Shown here piece by piece: positions 8,308 to 17,012 of a DNA stretch of 32,015 bases; within the stretch, counting starts at the first letter, position 1, and each line of letters begins with the position of its first letter. The notes under the pieces are model-generated. The model saw nothing but the letters and a program-made list of their open reading frames with translations. It did no database searches and had not been told where the DNA came from. The position numbers and the translations under genes were made by a program. This DNA is from Candidatus Fraserbacteria bacterium (GTDB lineage Bacteria; Bipolaricaulota; Bipolaricaulia; RBG-16-55-9; JANLFV01), in contig JBBIJD010000010.1 of NCBI GenBank assembly GCA_037446135.1, positions 1-32,015 on the forward strand, written 5' to 3'.

Positions 8308-9474
8308 TTAGCAAGGGCGGAGCCGGCGGTCAAAGCCCCGGTCGGGCCCCGGGCGGAGCCGCCTGGCCACCAGCTCGGCGAGGTCGAGGACCTCGATCTC
8401 GGCCTCGATATCGAGGGTCTTGACCGCCTCGTCAAGGTGGCAGGCGCAGAACGGGCAGGCGGTGATGAGCGCCCCCGCTCCGGTCTCTAGGGCCTCTTCC
8501 ACCCGGAGCTCACTCGGGCGGACCTCCTCATTCAACGCGACCCACATCCTCCCGCCGCCACCGCCGCAGCAGCGGCTCTGCTCGCGGTTGCGGGCCATCT
8601 CCACCAACTTCACCCCCGGGAGGCTCTGCAGCACAGAGCGCGGCTCCTCATAGAGCCCACTGTGCCGTCCCAGATAGCAAGGGTCGTGATAGGTGACGAT
8701 CAGCTCTTCAGCCGGATCAGTAAAGGCCAGCCTCCTCTCGCGGATGAGCTGGGCCAGGAGTTGAGTGTAGTGGTAGACCTCGCCCTTGAGCGAGGGGTAT
8801 TCGTTCTTGAAGGCATAGTAAGCGTGCGGGCAGGTGGTGAGGATCTTCCTGGCCCCGAGCTTCTCGAATTGGGCCGCATTCTCTTCGGCCAGGGATTGGA
8901 AGAGCCCCTCCTCGCCCAGCCTCCGGGCCGGCTCGCCGCAGCAGTGCTCCTCTTCGCCGAGGAAGCCGACTTCCAGCTCGAGGCGAGCGTGGACGAAGAT
9001 CTCCGCCAAGGCCCGGGCGGCCCCTTGATTCCGGGGGTCATAAGCGGTGGCACAGCCGACGAACCAGAGCCACTCCATCCCCTGCTCGAATCGCCTCATT
9101 GGGAGGGCCGCGGCCCAGGCCGCCCGCTCGCCCTTGGGGAGGCCCCAGGGGTTCTGCCGCCGATAGATGCTCCTCAGGGCCTCGTTGACCGCCTCGGGAA
9201 GGTGGCCGGCCTCGACGAGCCGGCTTCGCAGGAGCGCGACGACCTCTGGAGGCTTTACCGCCTGGGGACAGACCTCGACGCAGGCATCGCAGGTGGTGCA
9301 CCACCAGAGGAGGGCCGAGTCCGGGCCTGGGCCCGGATTGAGGAGCCGCTCCGGCTCCATTTGGGCCAGGAGCAGCAGCCTTCTTGGGCGGAAGGAGCCG
9401 GCTGAGCTGGCGGGGCAGACGGCACTACACCGGCCGCAGTGGTAGCAAGGATCGAGGGAGAGAGCCCCGATCAC
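8308..9474 (-). CDS. HdrD/GlpC-like FeS oxidoreductase (two 4Fe-4S motifs plus two CCG domains)
   Basis: CYHCGRCSAVCP, CTTCDACVEVCP, HCCG, YHDPC, RCCGGGGG, TACPFC. Confidence 0.85.
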   Translation of the reverse strand: MIGALSLDPCYHCGRCSAVCPASSAGSFRPRRLLLLAQMEPERLLNPGPGPDSALLWWCTTCDACVEVCPQAVKPPEVVALLRSRLVEAGHLPEAVNEALRSIYRRQNPWGLPKGERAAWAAALPMRRFEQGMEWLWFVGCATAYDPRNQGAARALAEIFVHARLELEVGFLGEEEHCCGEPARRLGEEGLFQSLAEENAAQFEKLGARKILTTCPHAYYAFKNEYPSLKGEVYHYTQLLAQLIRERRLAFTDPAEELIVTYHDPCYLGRHSGLYEEPRSVLQSLPGVKLVEMARNREQSRCCGGGGGRMWVALNEEVRPSELRVEEALETGAGALITACPFCACHLDEAVKTLDIEAEIEVLDLAELVARRLRPGPDRGFDRRLRPC

Positions 9475-9497
9475 AGCCGGACAGATCAGTCGATCAG

Positions 9498-11153
9498 TCA
9501 GATCCGGATCTTGAGTGATCGGGCCAGAGCCCGCTCGCCGCGATACTCCGGGAGGAGGAGCGGGGCCCTCCGGTCGTTGTCGATCCCCGCCTCTGCCAGC
9601 AGCTTGGAGTAAGCGACGATGTGGTCAAGAGTGAGCCTCCCCAGCTTGGCCTCTTTGGCATGCCTGGCCGCTGAGATCCCCGCCCGCCGGCCGAAGACAT
9701 TGTAGTCGAGGAGGGAGTTCCCCATCAGGCGGTTCTTCCCGTGGACTCCGCCCTCGACCTCCCCGCCGGCGAAGAGCCCCGGGACACCGGTCCAGCCGTG
9801 CTCGTCGATCTCCACGCCCCCATTCTGGTAGTGGAGCGTAGGGAAGACGAGGATCGGCTCTTTAGCCATATCGATCCCGAAGCGGTTGAACATCCGCCAC
9901 ATCGCCGCCAGCTCGCGCTTGATCGTCCCCTTGCCATGGATCTCCTCGATCATCGGTGAGTCGAGCCAGACGCCCCTCATCCCCGTGGGGGTCTCGACCC
10001 CGTTCCCCCGGCCATAGCACTCTCGGATCAGGGCCGCGGACTCCACATCCCGCGGCTCGAGAGGATAGACGAACGCCTCGCCGTGCCGGTTGACCGGCAT
10101 CGCTCCCATCCCGCGGACCTTCTCCGTCACGAGCTGGCCGACCAGTGCCTCGGGGTAAGCGACCCCAGTGGGGTGATACTGGACGGCATCCATGTCCCGG
10201 AGCTTGGCCCCGACGCGGTAGGCCAGGACCAGCCCATCGGCCGTGGCCCCGTAGTGGTTGGTGGTCGGAAAGCCCTGGATGTGGAGCCGCCCGAACCCGC
10301 CGGTCGCGAGGACCGTGGCCTTGGCCCGGACCACCAGGTATTGGCCCGTCTCGAGGTTGAAGAGGACCGCCCCGGCCACCTGGCCCCGGTCGTCCATCAG
10401 GAGCTCGACCGCGGGGGCGAACTCCACGACGGAGATCCCGATATTCCTCGCTTCGTCCCTCAAGGCCCGCATGATCTCCAGCCCGGTATAGTCCTTGGCC
10501 GAGTGCATCCTCATTCGCGAGGTCCCACCCCCGTGCTTCTCCACGAAGCTCCCATCGGGGTTCTTGTCATACATTACCCCTAGGGACTCGTGCCACTTGA
10601 TGATCATCGGGCCGTCCAGGGCCAGGGCCTTCACCAGCTCCGGCTTGTTCGCGTAATGCCCCCCGCCCATGATGTCGAGGAAATGGATCGCCGGGGAGTC
10701 CTCGGGCCGGTCGGCCGCTTGGATCCCTCCCTGGGCCATGATCGAGTTCGAATCCCCCCAGCGGAGCTTGGTGGCGATCAAGATCCTATCGGCTGGGAGC
10801 CCCTCATAATAGGCCCAGAGGGCCGCGACCGTCCCGGCCCCACCGCCGCCGATGATCAGGACATCGACATCGTAGTCGATCTGGGAGAGATCCACATCCT
10901 CCGGGGAGATCAGAGGGTAGGCCTCCAAGAGGTCGGCCACCTCATGGGGGACCAGCTCCCCCTTGCTCGGGCCGAGTGAGAGGGGTCGCTTCGTCCCGGG
11001 CTTATAGTCGGGATGCCACTCCCGGAGGATCTCTTCCCGCTCTTTAGGGCTCATCCTCGGCGGGGAGGCTTTTAACCGCTCCGGCCTGGTGGCCTCGACG
11101 AGGGCGATCAATTCGCGCATATAATCAGGATAGCCACTGGTGATCATGCTCAT
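9498..11153 (-). CDS. soluble fumarate reductase/succinate dehydrogenase flavoprotein (TfrA/FrdA-like)
   Basis: IGGGGAG, AQGG, LATGG, QYHPTG, TEKVRG, PRD, HYQNGG, HGKNRLMGNSL. Confidence 0.9.
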   Translation of the reverse strand: MSMITSGYPDYMRELIALVEATRPERLKASPPRMSPKEREEILREWHPDYKPGTKRPLSLGPSKGELVPHEVADLLEAYPLISPEDVDLSQIDYDVDVLIIGGGGAGTVAALWAYYEGLPADRILIATKLRWGDSNSIMAQGGIQAADRPEDSPAIHFLDIMGGGHYANKPELVKALALDGPMIIKWHESLGVMYDKNPDGSFVEKHGGGTSRMRMHSAKDYTGLEIMRALRDEARNIGISVVEFAPAVELLMDDRGQVAGAVLFNLETGQYLVVRAKATVLATGGFGRLHIQGFPTTNHYGATADGLVLAYRVGAKLRDMDAVQYHPTGVAYPEALVGQLVTEKVRGMGAMPVNRHGEAFVYPLEPRDVESAALIRECYGRGNGVETPTGMRGVWLDSPMIEEIHGKGTIKRELAAMWRMFNRFGIDMAKEPILVFPTLHYQNGGVEIDEHGWTGVPGLFAGGEVEGGVHGKNRLMGNSLLDYNVFGRRAGISAARHAKEAKLGRLTLDHIVAYSKLLAEAGIDNDRRAPLLLPEYRGERALARSLKIRI

Positions 11154-11842
11154 ACTCCTACTCCCTCCTCGATCTCGCGGGCCTCATAGAGCTTGGAAAG
11201 CTCCTTCTTCTCCATTCGGGTGAGCCGGTCCAACTCCTCATCGAACTTCCCCGCCTCGATCTCCGCCACCCTCTGGGCGAGGTGCTCGGCCTTGGGGGCG
11301 AGATACCTCCCGTAGAGGCGGCGGGCGAGCTGGGCTACATGGTAGTGCTTAATGTCTACGGGGCACCTCATGGAGCAGAGGCCGCACTGGATGCAATCGA
11401 ATGATAGCTCCGCGACGCGCTTGATCTCCCCTCGCAGCGCGGCCTGGATGTAGTCCATCACTTGGATCTCCTGGGGACAGGCCTTGGTGCAGGTGTTGCA
11501 AGCCACGCACCTCGCGATCTCGGGGTAGAACCGGAGGAGGACATTCTCGTCGGGGCGGAGCTCCTCCAGGCTGTAGCTGGCCCTCGGGGCCGGTGCGAAG
11601 GGGAGTTGGACGAGGAACATCCCGTCCTCGACCAGCTTCTGGCAGGCCACGGTGAATCGGAGCTTATACTCGTCTTCCTTCCGGTAGACCGTCCCGCAGG
11701 CCCCGCAGAACCCGGCCCGGCAGCCGGCCCCGCGGATGAACTTATAGCCGGCATACTCCATGGCCTTCATGATCGTCAATCCTGCGGGGACGCGATACTC
11801 TTTCCCCATGATGTAGATCCGCACAGTCTCAGGCTCAGCCAT
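11150..11842 (-). CDS. fumarate reductase/SDH iron-sulfur subunit (2Fe-2S plus two 4Fe-4S)
   Basis: GCRAGFCGAC...AC; CVACNTCTKACP; CIQCGLCSMRCP; GAGGTGA RBS favours ATG 11842 over GTG 11851. Confidence 0.85.
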   Translation of the reverse strand: MAEPETVRIYIMGKEYRVPAGLTIMKAMEYAGYKFIRGAGCRAGFCGACGTVYRKEDEYKLRFTVACQKLVEDGMFLVQLPFAPAPRASYSLEELRPDENVLLRFYPEIARCVACNTCTKACPQEIQVMDYIQAALRGEIKRVAELSFDCIQCGLCSMRCPVDIKHYHVAQLARRLYGRYLAPKAEHLAQRVAEIEAGKFDEELDRLTRMEKKELSKLYEAREIEEGVGV

Positions 11843-11872
11843 AGCTAGCACTCACCTCGTGTCATGCATGGT

Positions 11873-12754
11873 TCAAGTTCTGAGCAATTGGTGCTCCAAG
11901 AGGAGCGGTCGGGGATCGATATAGTGCTGCTCTAAGCTCGAGGAGGCCTCCTCCAAGCCGAAGGCGAGGGCCATCAGCTCGGTGAAGTAGAGGACTGGGA
12001 GCGGGGCGAAGCCGTCATAAGTCTCTTGGACGAGCCTCTGGCGGTTGTCAAGGTTAAATGAGCACAAGGGGCAGGAAGAGATGACGATCTCCGCCCCGCG
12101 GATCGCGGCATCGGAGAGGATCTTATGGGCCCGCTTGGCCACGACCTCCTTGTGCGTCGCCGTATGATAAGAGCCGCAGCATTGGGTCTTCAATGGCGAG
12201 TCGACCGGCTCGGCCCCTAAGGCCCGGACTAGCTCCTCCAGGATCGAGGGGTTCTCCGGGTCGTCCAAGCCGACCCCCCTCGGGCGGAGCAAGAGGCAGC
12301 CGTAGTAGGGAGCGACCTTCAGCCCCAAAAGCGGCCGGGCTACCCTCTTCGCTACAGCTTCGAAGCCTAGCTCATCCCGCAGTAGCTCCAGGAGATGGAG
12401 GACCCTCACCCCGCCGCGGTAGTCCGGCTCCTCATCGAGGAAGGCATTGATCTTGGCCAGCTCTTCGGGGTGCTCTTGGACCCGCAGGCCGGCCCGCTTG
12501 AGGGTGTTATAGCACATGGCGCAGGCGGTGGTGAGCCGCTCTTCGCCGGCCTCTTGGACCCGGATCAGGTTCCGGATCGGCGCGAGCTGGCGCATCAGGT
12601 CGTCCGTGGTGAGCGAGCTGATGGTCCCGCAGCAGTTCCACCGCTCAAGCTCGACCAGCTCGACCCCGAGAGCGGCCATCGCCGCCCTCGCGGAGCGGTC
12701 GAATCCCGCGGCCTGGGTCTTCAGGCTGCAGCCTGGATAATAGAGGATTCTCAT
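11873..12754 (-). CDS. hdrB: heterodisulfide reductase subunit B-like
   Basis: YYPGCS, WNCCG, ACAMC, YYGCLL, QCCG, SCPLC. Confidence 0.9.
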   Translation of the reverse strand: MRILYYPGCSLKTQAAGFDRSARAAMAALGVELVELERWNCCGTISSLTTDDLMRQLAPIRNLIRVQEAGEERLTTACAMCYNTLKRAGLRVQEHPEELAKINAFLDEEPDYRGGVRVLHLLELLRDELGFEAVAKRVARPLLGLKVAPYYGCLLLRPRGVGLDDPENPSILEELVRALGAEPVDSPLKTQCCGSYHTATHKEVVAKRAHKILSDAAIRGAEIVISSCPLCSFNLDNRQRLVQETYDGFAPLPVLYFTELMALAFGLEEASSSLEQHYIDPRPLLLEHQLLRT

Positions 12755-13149
12755 CCGATCAGCTTCCTCGCCCCGGCGACTAGTGCGATCTGGGGGAGCT
12801 CCCCCCGCTCTTGCTCGGAGAGCTCGCTCAGGTCGAACTTATCCGAGCCGCGGCGGAGCAGGATCTGCCGCAAAGCTTCCATCACCTTGGCGATATCGAT
12901 CCCATTGGGGCAGCGGACGGTGCAGGTGAAGCAGGCGGCGCAGAGCCAGATCGTCTGGGAGTCTAGGACCTCGGCCCGCCCGTCCATGATGTATTCCAAG
13001 ACCTGTCGCGGGGTGAGGTCCATCTCCGAGGCGAAGGGGCACCCCGCGGTGCACTTCCCGCAGTGATAGCAGGCGAAGACCTTCTGCCCGGAGAGCTCCT
13101 CGACCGCTTGCTGCAATTCCTTCCCGGAAAACTCGATCATCTCGGTCAA
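12751..13149 (-). CDS. hdrC: heterodisulfide reductase subunit C-like
   Basis: CYHCGKCTAGCP and IWLCAACFTCTVRCP. Confidence 0.9.
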   Translation of the reverse strand: MTEMIEFSGKELQQAVEELSGQKVFACYHCGKCTAGCPFASEMDLTPRQVLEYIMDGRAEVLDSQTIWLCAACFTCTVRCPNGIDIAKVMEALRQILLRRGSDKFDLSELSEQERGELPQIALVAGARKLIG

Positions 13150-13153
13150 TCAG

Positions 13154-15553
13154 TCAGGCCACCTTGGCCAATTCCTCCTCCGGGACGCGACCCGGCCTTA
13201 GCCTTAGCTTTTCCAGCCGGGCCACGAAGTCATTGATCACCCGGGCGAACTTCTCACCCTCGGCGGCTGAGACCCACTCCAGAGCCAGTCGCTCCTCGGG
13301 GATTCCCAGGCTCGAGAGGAGCCTCTTCAGGAGTTGATAGCGGCTGAGGGCCCGCAAGTTCCCCGACTGGTAGTGGCATTCCCCGGGATGGCAGCCGGTG
13401 ATCATGACCCCCGCGGCCCCCAGCTCGAAGGCCCTCAGGACGAAGACCGGGTTGAGCCGCCCGGAGCACATCAGCCGGATCAGTCGGGCCCGAGGGTCAT
13501 ACTCCAGCCTCGATGTCCCGGCCATGTCCGCCCCGGCGTAGGAGCACCAGTTGCAGGTGAAGACGATGACCTTCTCCTCGGGGTGGTCGGCCAGGGCCGC
13601 CTCGATCTGGGCCAGGACCTGCTCGTCAGTGAAGTGATGCATCTCGATCGCCCCGACAGGACAGGAGGCGGCGCAGACACCACAGCCCTGACAGGCGGCC
13701 TCGGTGACATGCGAGGTCCCATCGACATGGATGGCGTTAAAAGGACAGACGGACTCGCAGATCCCGCACCCGATGCAGAGGTCTTCGTGGACTTCGGCGC
13801 TGAGCGCCTCGACTCGGATCTTTCCCTCCTTCATCAGCCTGGCGGCCCGCGAGGCCGCGGCCTTGGCCTGGATCGAGCTCTCCCTGATATCCTTTGGGCT
13901 CTCCGCTGCGCCGGCCAGGAAGATCCCGGTAGTGGCGGTATCGACCGGCTCGAGCTTGGGGTGCTTCTCCGCGAAGAAGCCGTCGCTCGAACGGGCCAGC
14001 CCGAAGAGCCGCTGGAGCTCCTCGCTCTCCTTGCGGGCCTCCAAGCCCACAGAGAGGATCACCAGATCATGACGGTGCTCATAGAGCTCCCCGAGGAGGA
14101 TGTTCTCTCCGAAGAGCGTGAGGCTCTTATCCTTATTCTCGAGGACCTCGCCCGGGAGGCCCTTGATGAACCTGATCCCGGCGAGCCTGGCCCGACGATA
14201 CATCTCCTCGAACCCCTTCCCCTTGGCCCGGATGTCGATGTAGTAGATCGTGATCTCCGCCTCAGGGAGCTTCTCCTTGATGAGGAGGGCCTGCTTGATC
14301 GAGACCATGCAGCAGATCCCGCTGCAGTAGGGATTCCCTAAAAGCTCGGGGTTGGAGATCCTCGAGCCGACGCACTGGATGAAGGCGATCCTCTTCGGAG
14401 GAGTAAGGTCGCTCGGCCTGAGGAGCTTCCCCAGGGTCGGGCCGGTCGGGGAGATCAGCCGCTCGAAGTCGATGGTGGAGATCACATTCTCATACTTCCC
14501 ATAGCCGTAATCATTGCTCCTCCCCGGATCGTAGGGGTCGGCACCGATGGCGATGATCACTGTATCGACCTCGAGCTGGAGCTCCTTCTCCAGTGGCTGT
14601 TCGAAGTCTATCGCTTTAGGAGAGCAGGCCTGGAGGCACTTCTCGCAGACCAAAAGATTAGGCTTATTGAGGCAGTTCTCGATGTCGATGGCGTATTCCG
14701 CGGGGACGGCTTGGGGGAGTGACTTATAGATGGCCTTCCTTTGGCCTAAGCCGAGGTTGAACTCGTCCGGGACGGCCACGGGACAGACGGGGACGCACTC
14801 CCCGCAGGCGGTGCACTCGGGGGTGACGAACCTAGCCTTCTGGCGGACCTTGACCTTGAAGTTCCCCACGAACCCTGAGACCTCCGTGACCTCGGAGTTG
14901 GTGAGGAGGGTGATGTTCGGATGGCGGCCGACCTCGGCCATCTTCGGGGCGAGGATGCAGGTCGAGCAGTCGAGCGTCGGGAAGGTCTTATCGAGCTGAG
15001 CCATGTGCCCCCCGATGAAGGGCTCCTTCTCCACTAAAAAGACTTTATACCCGGAGTCGGCCAGGTCGAGAGCCGCCTGGATCCCGGCGATCCCACCCCC
15101 GACGATGAGGGCCCGCTCCCCGACGGGTAGCTCGCTCTCCTTGTAGGGGATGAGGAGCCTCGCCCTCGCTACGGCCATCCTCACCAGGTCCTTGGCCTTC
15201 TCCGTGGCCTTTTGGCCGTCCTTGTGGACCCAGGAGTCCTGCTCCCGGATGTTGGCCATCTCGAAGAGATATTTGTTTAAACCGGCCCGCTCTAAGGCCG
15301 CACGGAAGGTCGGCTCATGCATCTTCGGGGAGCAGGCCGCGACCACTACTCGGTCGAGCCGCTCCTGCTGGATGTCGTTGATGATCTCCCGCTGGGTCGC
15401 CTCAGAGCAGGCATACATCATGTCCTTGGCCAAGGCCACCCCTGGAAGGCCCTGAGCGAAGGCCGCGACCGCCTTGACATCCACGACCCCGGCGATGTTC
15501 GTCCCGCAGTGGCAGATGTAGACCCCGATCCGGGGCCCGCCATCCTTAGTCAT
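13154..15553 (-). CDS. hdrA: HdrA fused to a C-terminal MvhD (2Fe-2S) domain
   Basis: RIGVYICHCGTNI, AACSP, NIREQDSWVH, GGGIAG, KTFPTLDC, QCVGSR, YCSGICC; C-terminal FTCNWCSYAGAD, MCSGR, GCHPGECHY, WVSAAEG. Confidence 0.92.
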   Translation of the reverse strand: MTKDGGPRIGVYICHCGTNIAGVVDVKAVAAFAQGLPGVALAKDMMYACSEATQREIINDIQQERLDRVVVAACSPKMHEPTFRAALERAGLNKYLFEMANIREQDSWVHKDGQKATEKAKDLVRMAVARARLLIPYKESELPVGERALIVGGGIAGIQAALDLADSGYKVFLVEKEPFIGGHMAQLDKTFPTLDCSTCILAPKMAEVGRHPNITLLTNSEVTEVSGFVGNFKVKVRQKARFVTPECTACGECVPVCPVAVPDEFNLGLGQRKAIYKSLPQAVPAEYAIDIENCLNKPNLLVCEKCLQACSPKAIDFEQPLEKELQLEVDTVIIAIGADPYDPGRSNDYGYGKYENVISTIDFERLISPTGPTLGKLLRPSDLTPPKRIAFIQCVGSRISNPELLGNPYCSGICCMVSIKQALLIKEKLPEAEITIYYIDIRAKGKGFEEMYRRARLAGIRFIKGLPGEVLENKDKSLTLFGENILLGELYEHRHDLVILSVGLEARKESEELQRLFGLARSSDGFFAEKHPKLEPVDTATTGIFLAGAAESPKDIRESSIQAKAAASRAARLMKEGKIRVEALSAEVHEDLCIGCGICESVCPFNAIHVDGTSHVTEAACQGCGVCAASCPVGAIEMHHFTDEQVLAQIEAALADHPEEKVIVFTCNWCSYAGADMAGTSRLEYDPRARLIRLMCSGRLNPVFVLRAFELGAAGVMITGCHPGECHYQSGNLRALSRYQLLKRLLSSLGIPEERLALEWVSAAEGEKFARVINDFVARLEKLRLRPGRVPEEELAKVA

Positions 15554-16113
15554 CCTTGACCCTCCGAATCGAGTCGGGCCTTCAATTCCTTCCCATGCTC
15601 CAGCCCCCGGCGGAAGGCCTCCTTGTTCAGCTCGAGGGCCTTCTTCGGGACGGACCGGAGGACCGCCTCCTCCAGTGCCTCGACCGGGAGGAGGCCGCTG
15701 ATCGCGGCAAAGGCCCCCAGGGCCACGATGTTCACCACCACCCTTCTTCCCAGCTCCTCGGCGAGCCCGTTGGCTTGGATGGGGAAGACCCTAGCCCCCT
15801 CCGGGGGCTCCTCGGGCTTGACTAAGTCCTGATCGTAGATGAGCATTCGCCCGACCTCCCCATAAGAGCGGTAATAGTCGTAGGCCCCCTGGAAGAGGAA
15901 GACCGAGATCTCGGGGCTGATGACCTTGGGGTAATCGATCGGTTGGTCGTCGATCACGACATCCGCGGCCACGCGAGCCCCGCGCATCTCCGGGCCGTAG
16001 GACTGGGTCATCGTGGCGTGCTTTCCTGCCAGGATCGCGGCTCTCCCGAGGATCTGGCCCGCGAGCATGATCCCCTGGCCGCCGAACCCTCCGAGCCGGA
16101 CCTCTTGTCTCAT
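15550..16113 (-). CDS. korC: 2-oxoacid (2-oxoglutarate-type):ferredoxin oxidoreductase gamma subunit
   Basis: GFGGQG, QSYGPEMRG, IDYP, NIVALGA. Confidence 0.88.
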   Translation of the reverse strand: MRQEVRLGGFGGQGIMLAGQILGRAAILAGKHATMTQSYGPEMRGARVAADVVIDDQPIDYPKVISPEISVFLFQGAYDYYRSYGEVGRMLIYDQDLVKPEEPPEGARVFPIQANGLAEELGRRVVVNIVALGAFAAISGLLPVEALEEAVLRSVPKKALELNKEAFRRGLEHGKELKARLDSEGQG

Positions 16114-16114
16114 C

Positions 16115-17008
16115 CTATCGCCCTCCTGAGGACTGGCCTTTCGCCCGCTTGATGATCTCCTGGTAGCGGTCCATGAAGGTCGGCCGCTCGATGTCCAAAA
16201 AATTCCCCACCACGATCTTGGAATCCTTCTTCATCGAGAGGCCGATCTCCTTGAGATTGGCCCGATGGTCGATCACGCAGCTCTCGCGATACCATTCCAT
16301 CTCATCGAGCCCCTGGCCCAATTCGTTCGGCCGCCCAAAAGAGGTGGGGCAGGGGGCGATGATCTCGATGAAGGTGAACCCCCGCTTGGAGAAGGCATGC
16401 AGGATCGCATCTCTCAGCTTCCGGAAGTGGAGGGTCGTCCACCTTGCGACGAAGACCGCCCCCGCGGCTGCGGCCAGATAGGGTAAGTTAAAGCCGTCTT
16501 CCATGTTCCCGTAAGGGGAGGTGGTGGTGATCGCCATCTCCGGTGTGGTTGGGCCGACCTGGCCCCCGGTCATCCCGTAGTTGAAGTTGTTGCAGCAGAT
16601 CACATTGATATCGACATTCCTCCGCGCGGCGTGGATGAAGTGGTTCCCCCCGATGGCGAAGAGGTCCCCATCCCCGCTGAAGACCGTAATCTCCAGCTCG
16701 GGATTGGCCACCTTCAAGCCGGTGGCGAAGGGGATGGCCCGCCCGTGGGTCGTGTGGTAAGAATCGATGCTCACATAGCCCGCGACCCGGCCGGTGCAGC
16801 CGATCCCCGAGACCACGACCTGCTTCTCTAAGGGGATCTTGTCCATCGCCAGCTTCATCGCCTCGATGTAGGCCGTCACGGCCACTCCGATCCCGCAGCC
16901 CGGGCACCAGATGTGAGGGATCCGGTCCTCCCGGAGGAGCTCGTCTTCGGGATGGTGCTCGACGATGACTTCCCGCTCGCGTGGCGCGCCACGCAGCTCG
17001 AGGGCCAT
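16115..17008 (-). CDS. korB: 2-oxoacid:ferredoxin oxidoreductase beta subunit (TPP-binding)
   Basis: WCPGCG, SGIGC, HTTHGR, GDGD, NNFNYGMTGGQ, PCPT. Confidence 0.9.
   Translation of the reverse strand: MALELRGAPREREVIVEHHPEDELLREDRIPHIWCPGCGIGVAVTAYIEAMKLAMDKIPLEKQVVVSGIGCTGRVAGYVSIDSYHTTHGRAIPFATGLKVANPELEITVFSGDGDLFAIGGNHFIHAARRNVDINVICCNNFNYGMTGGQVGPTTPEMAITTTSPYGNMEDGFNLPYLAAAAGAVFVARWTTLHFRKLRDAILHAFSKRGFTFIEIIAPCPTSFGRPNELGQGLDEMEWYRESCVIDHRANLKEIGLSMKKDSKIVVGNFLDIERPTFMDRYQEIIKRAKGQSSGGR
16979..16994. repeat. 16 bp perfect palindrome GCGTGGCGCGCCACGC
   Basis: read directly. Confidence 0.9.
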
Positions 17009-17012
17009 CAGA

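Noticed and set aside
9481..9503. GATCAGTC short duplication at the frdA stop, with similar TCAATCAGTCA at ~13146
   Set aside because: Too short; consistent with tandem stop codons on the minus strand.
13154..15553. Possible selenocysteine recoding in HdrA/MvhD
   Set aside because: The ORF is uninterrupted and Cys occupies the usual positions.
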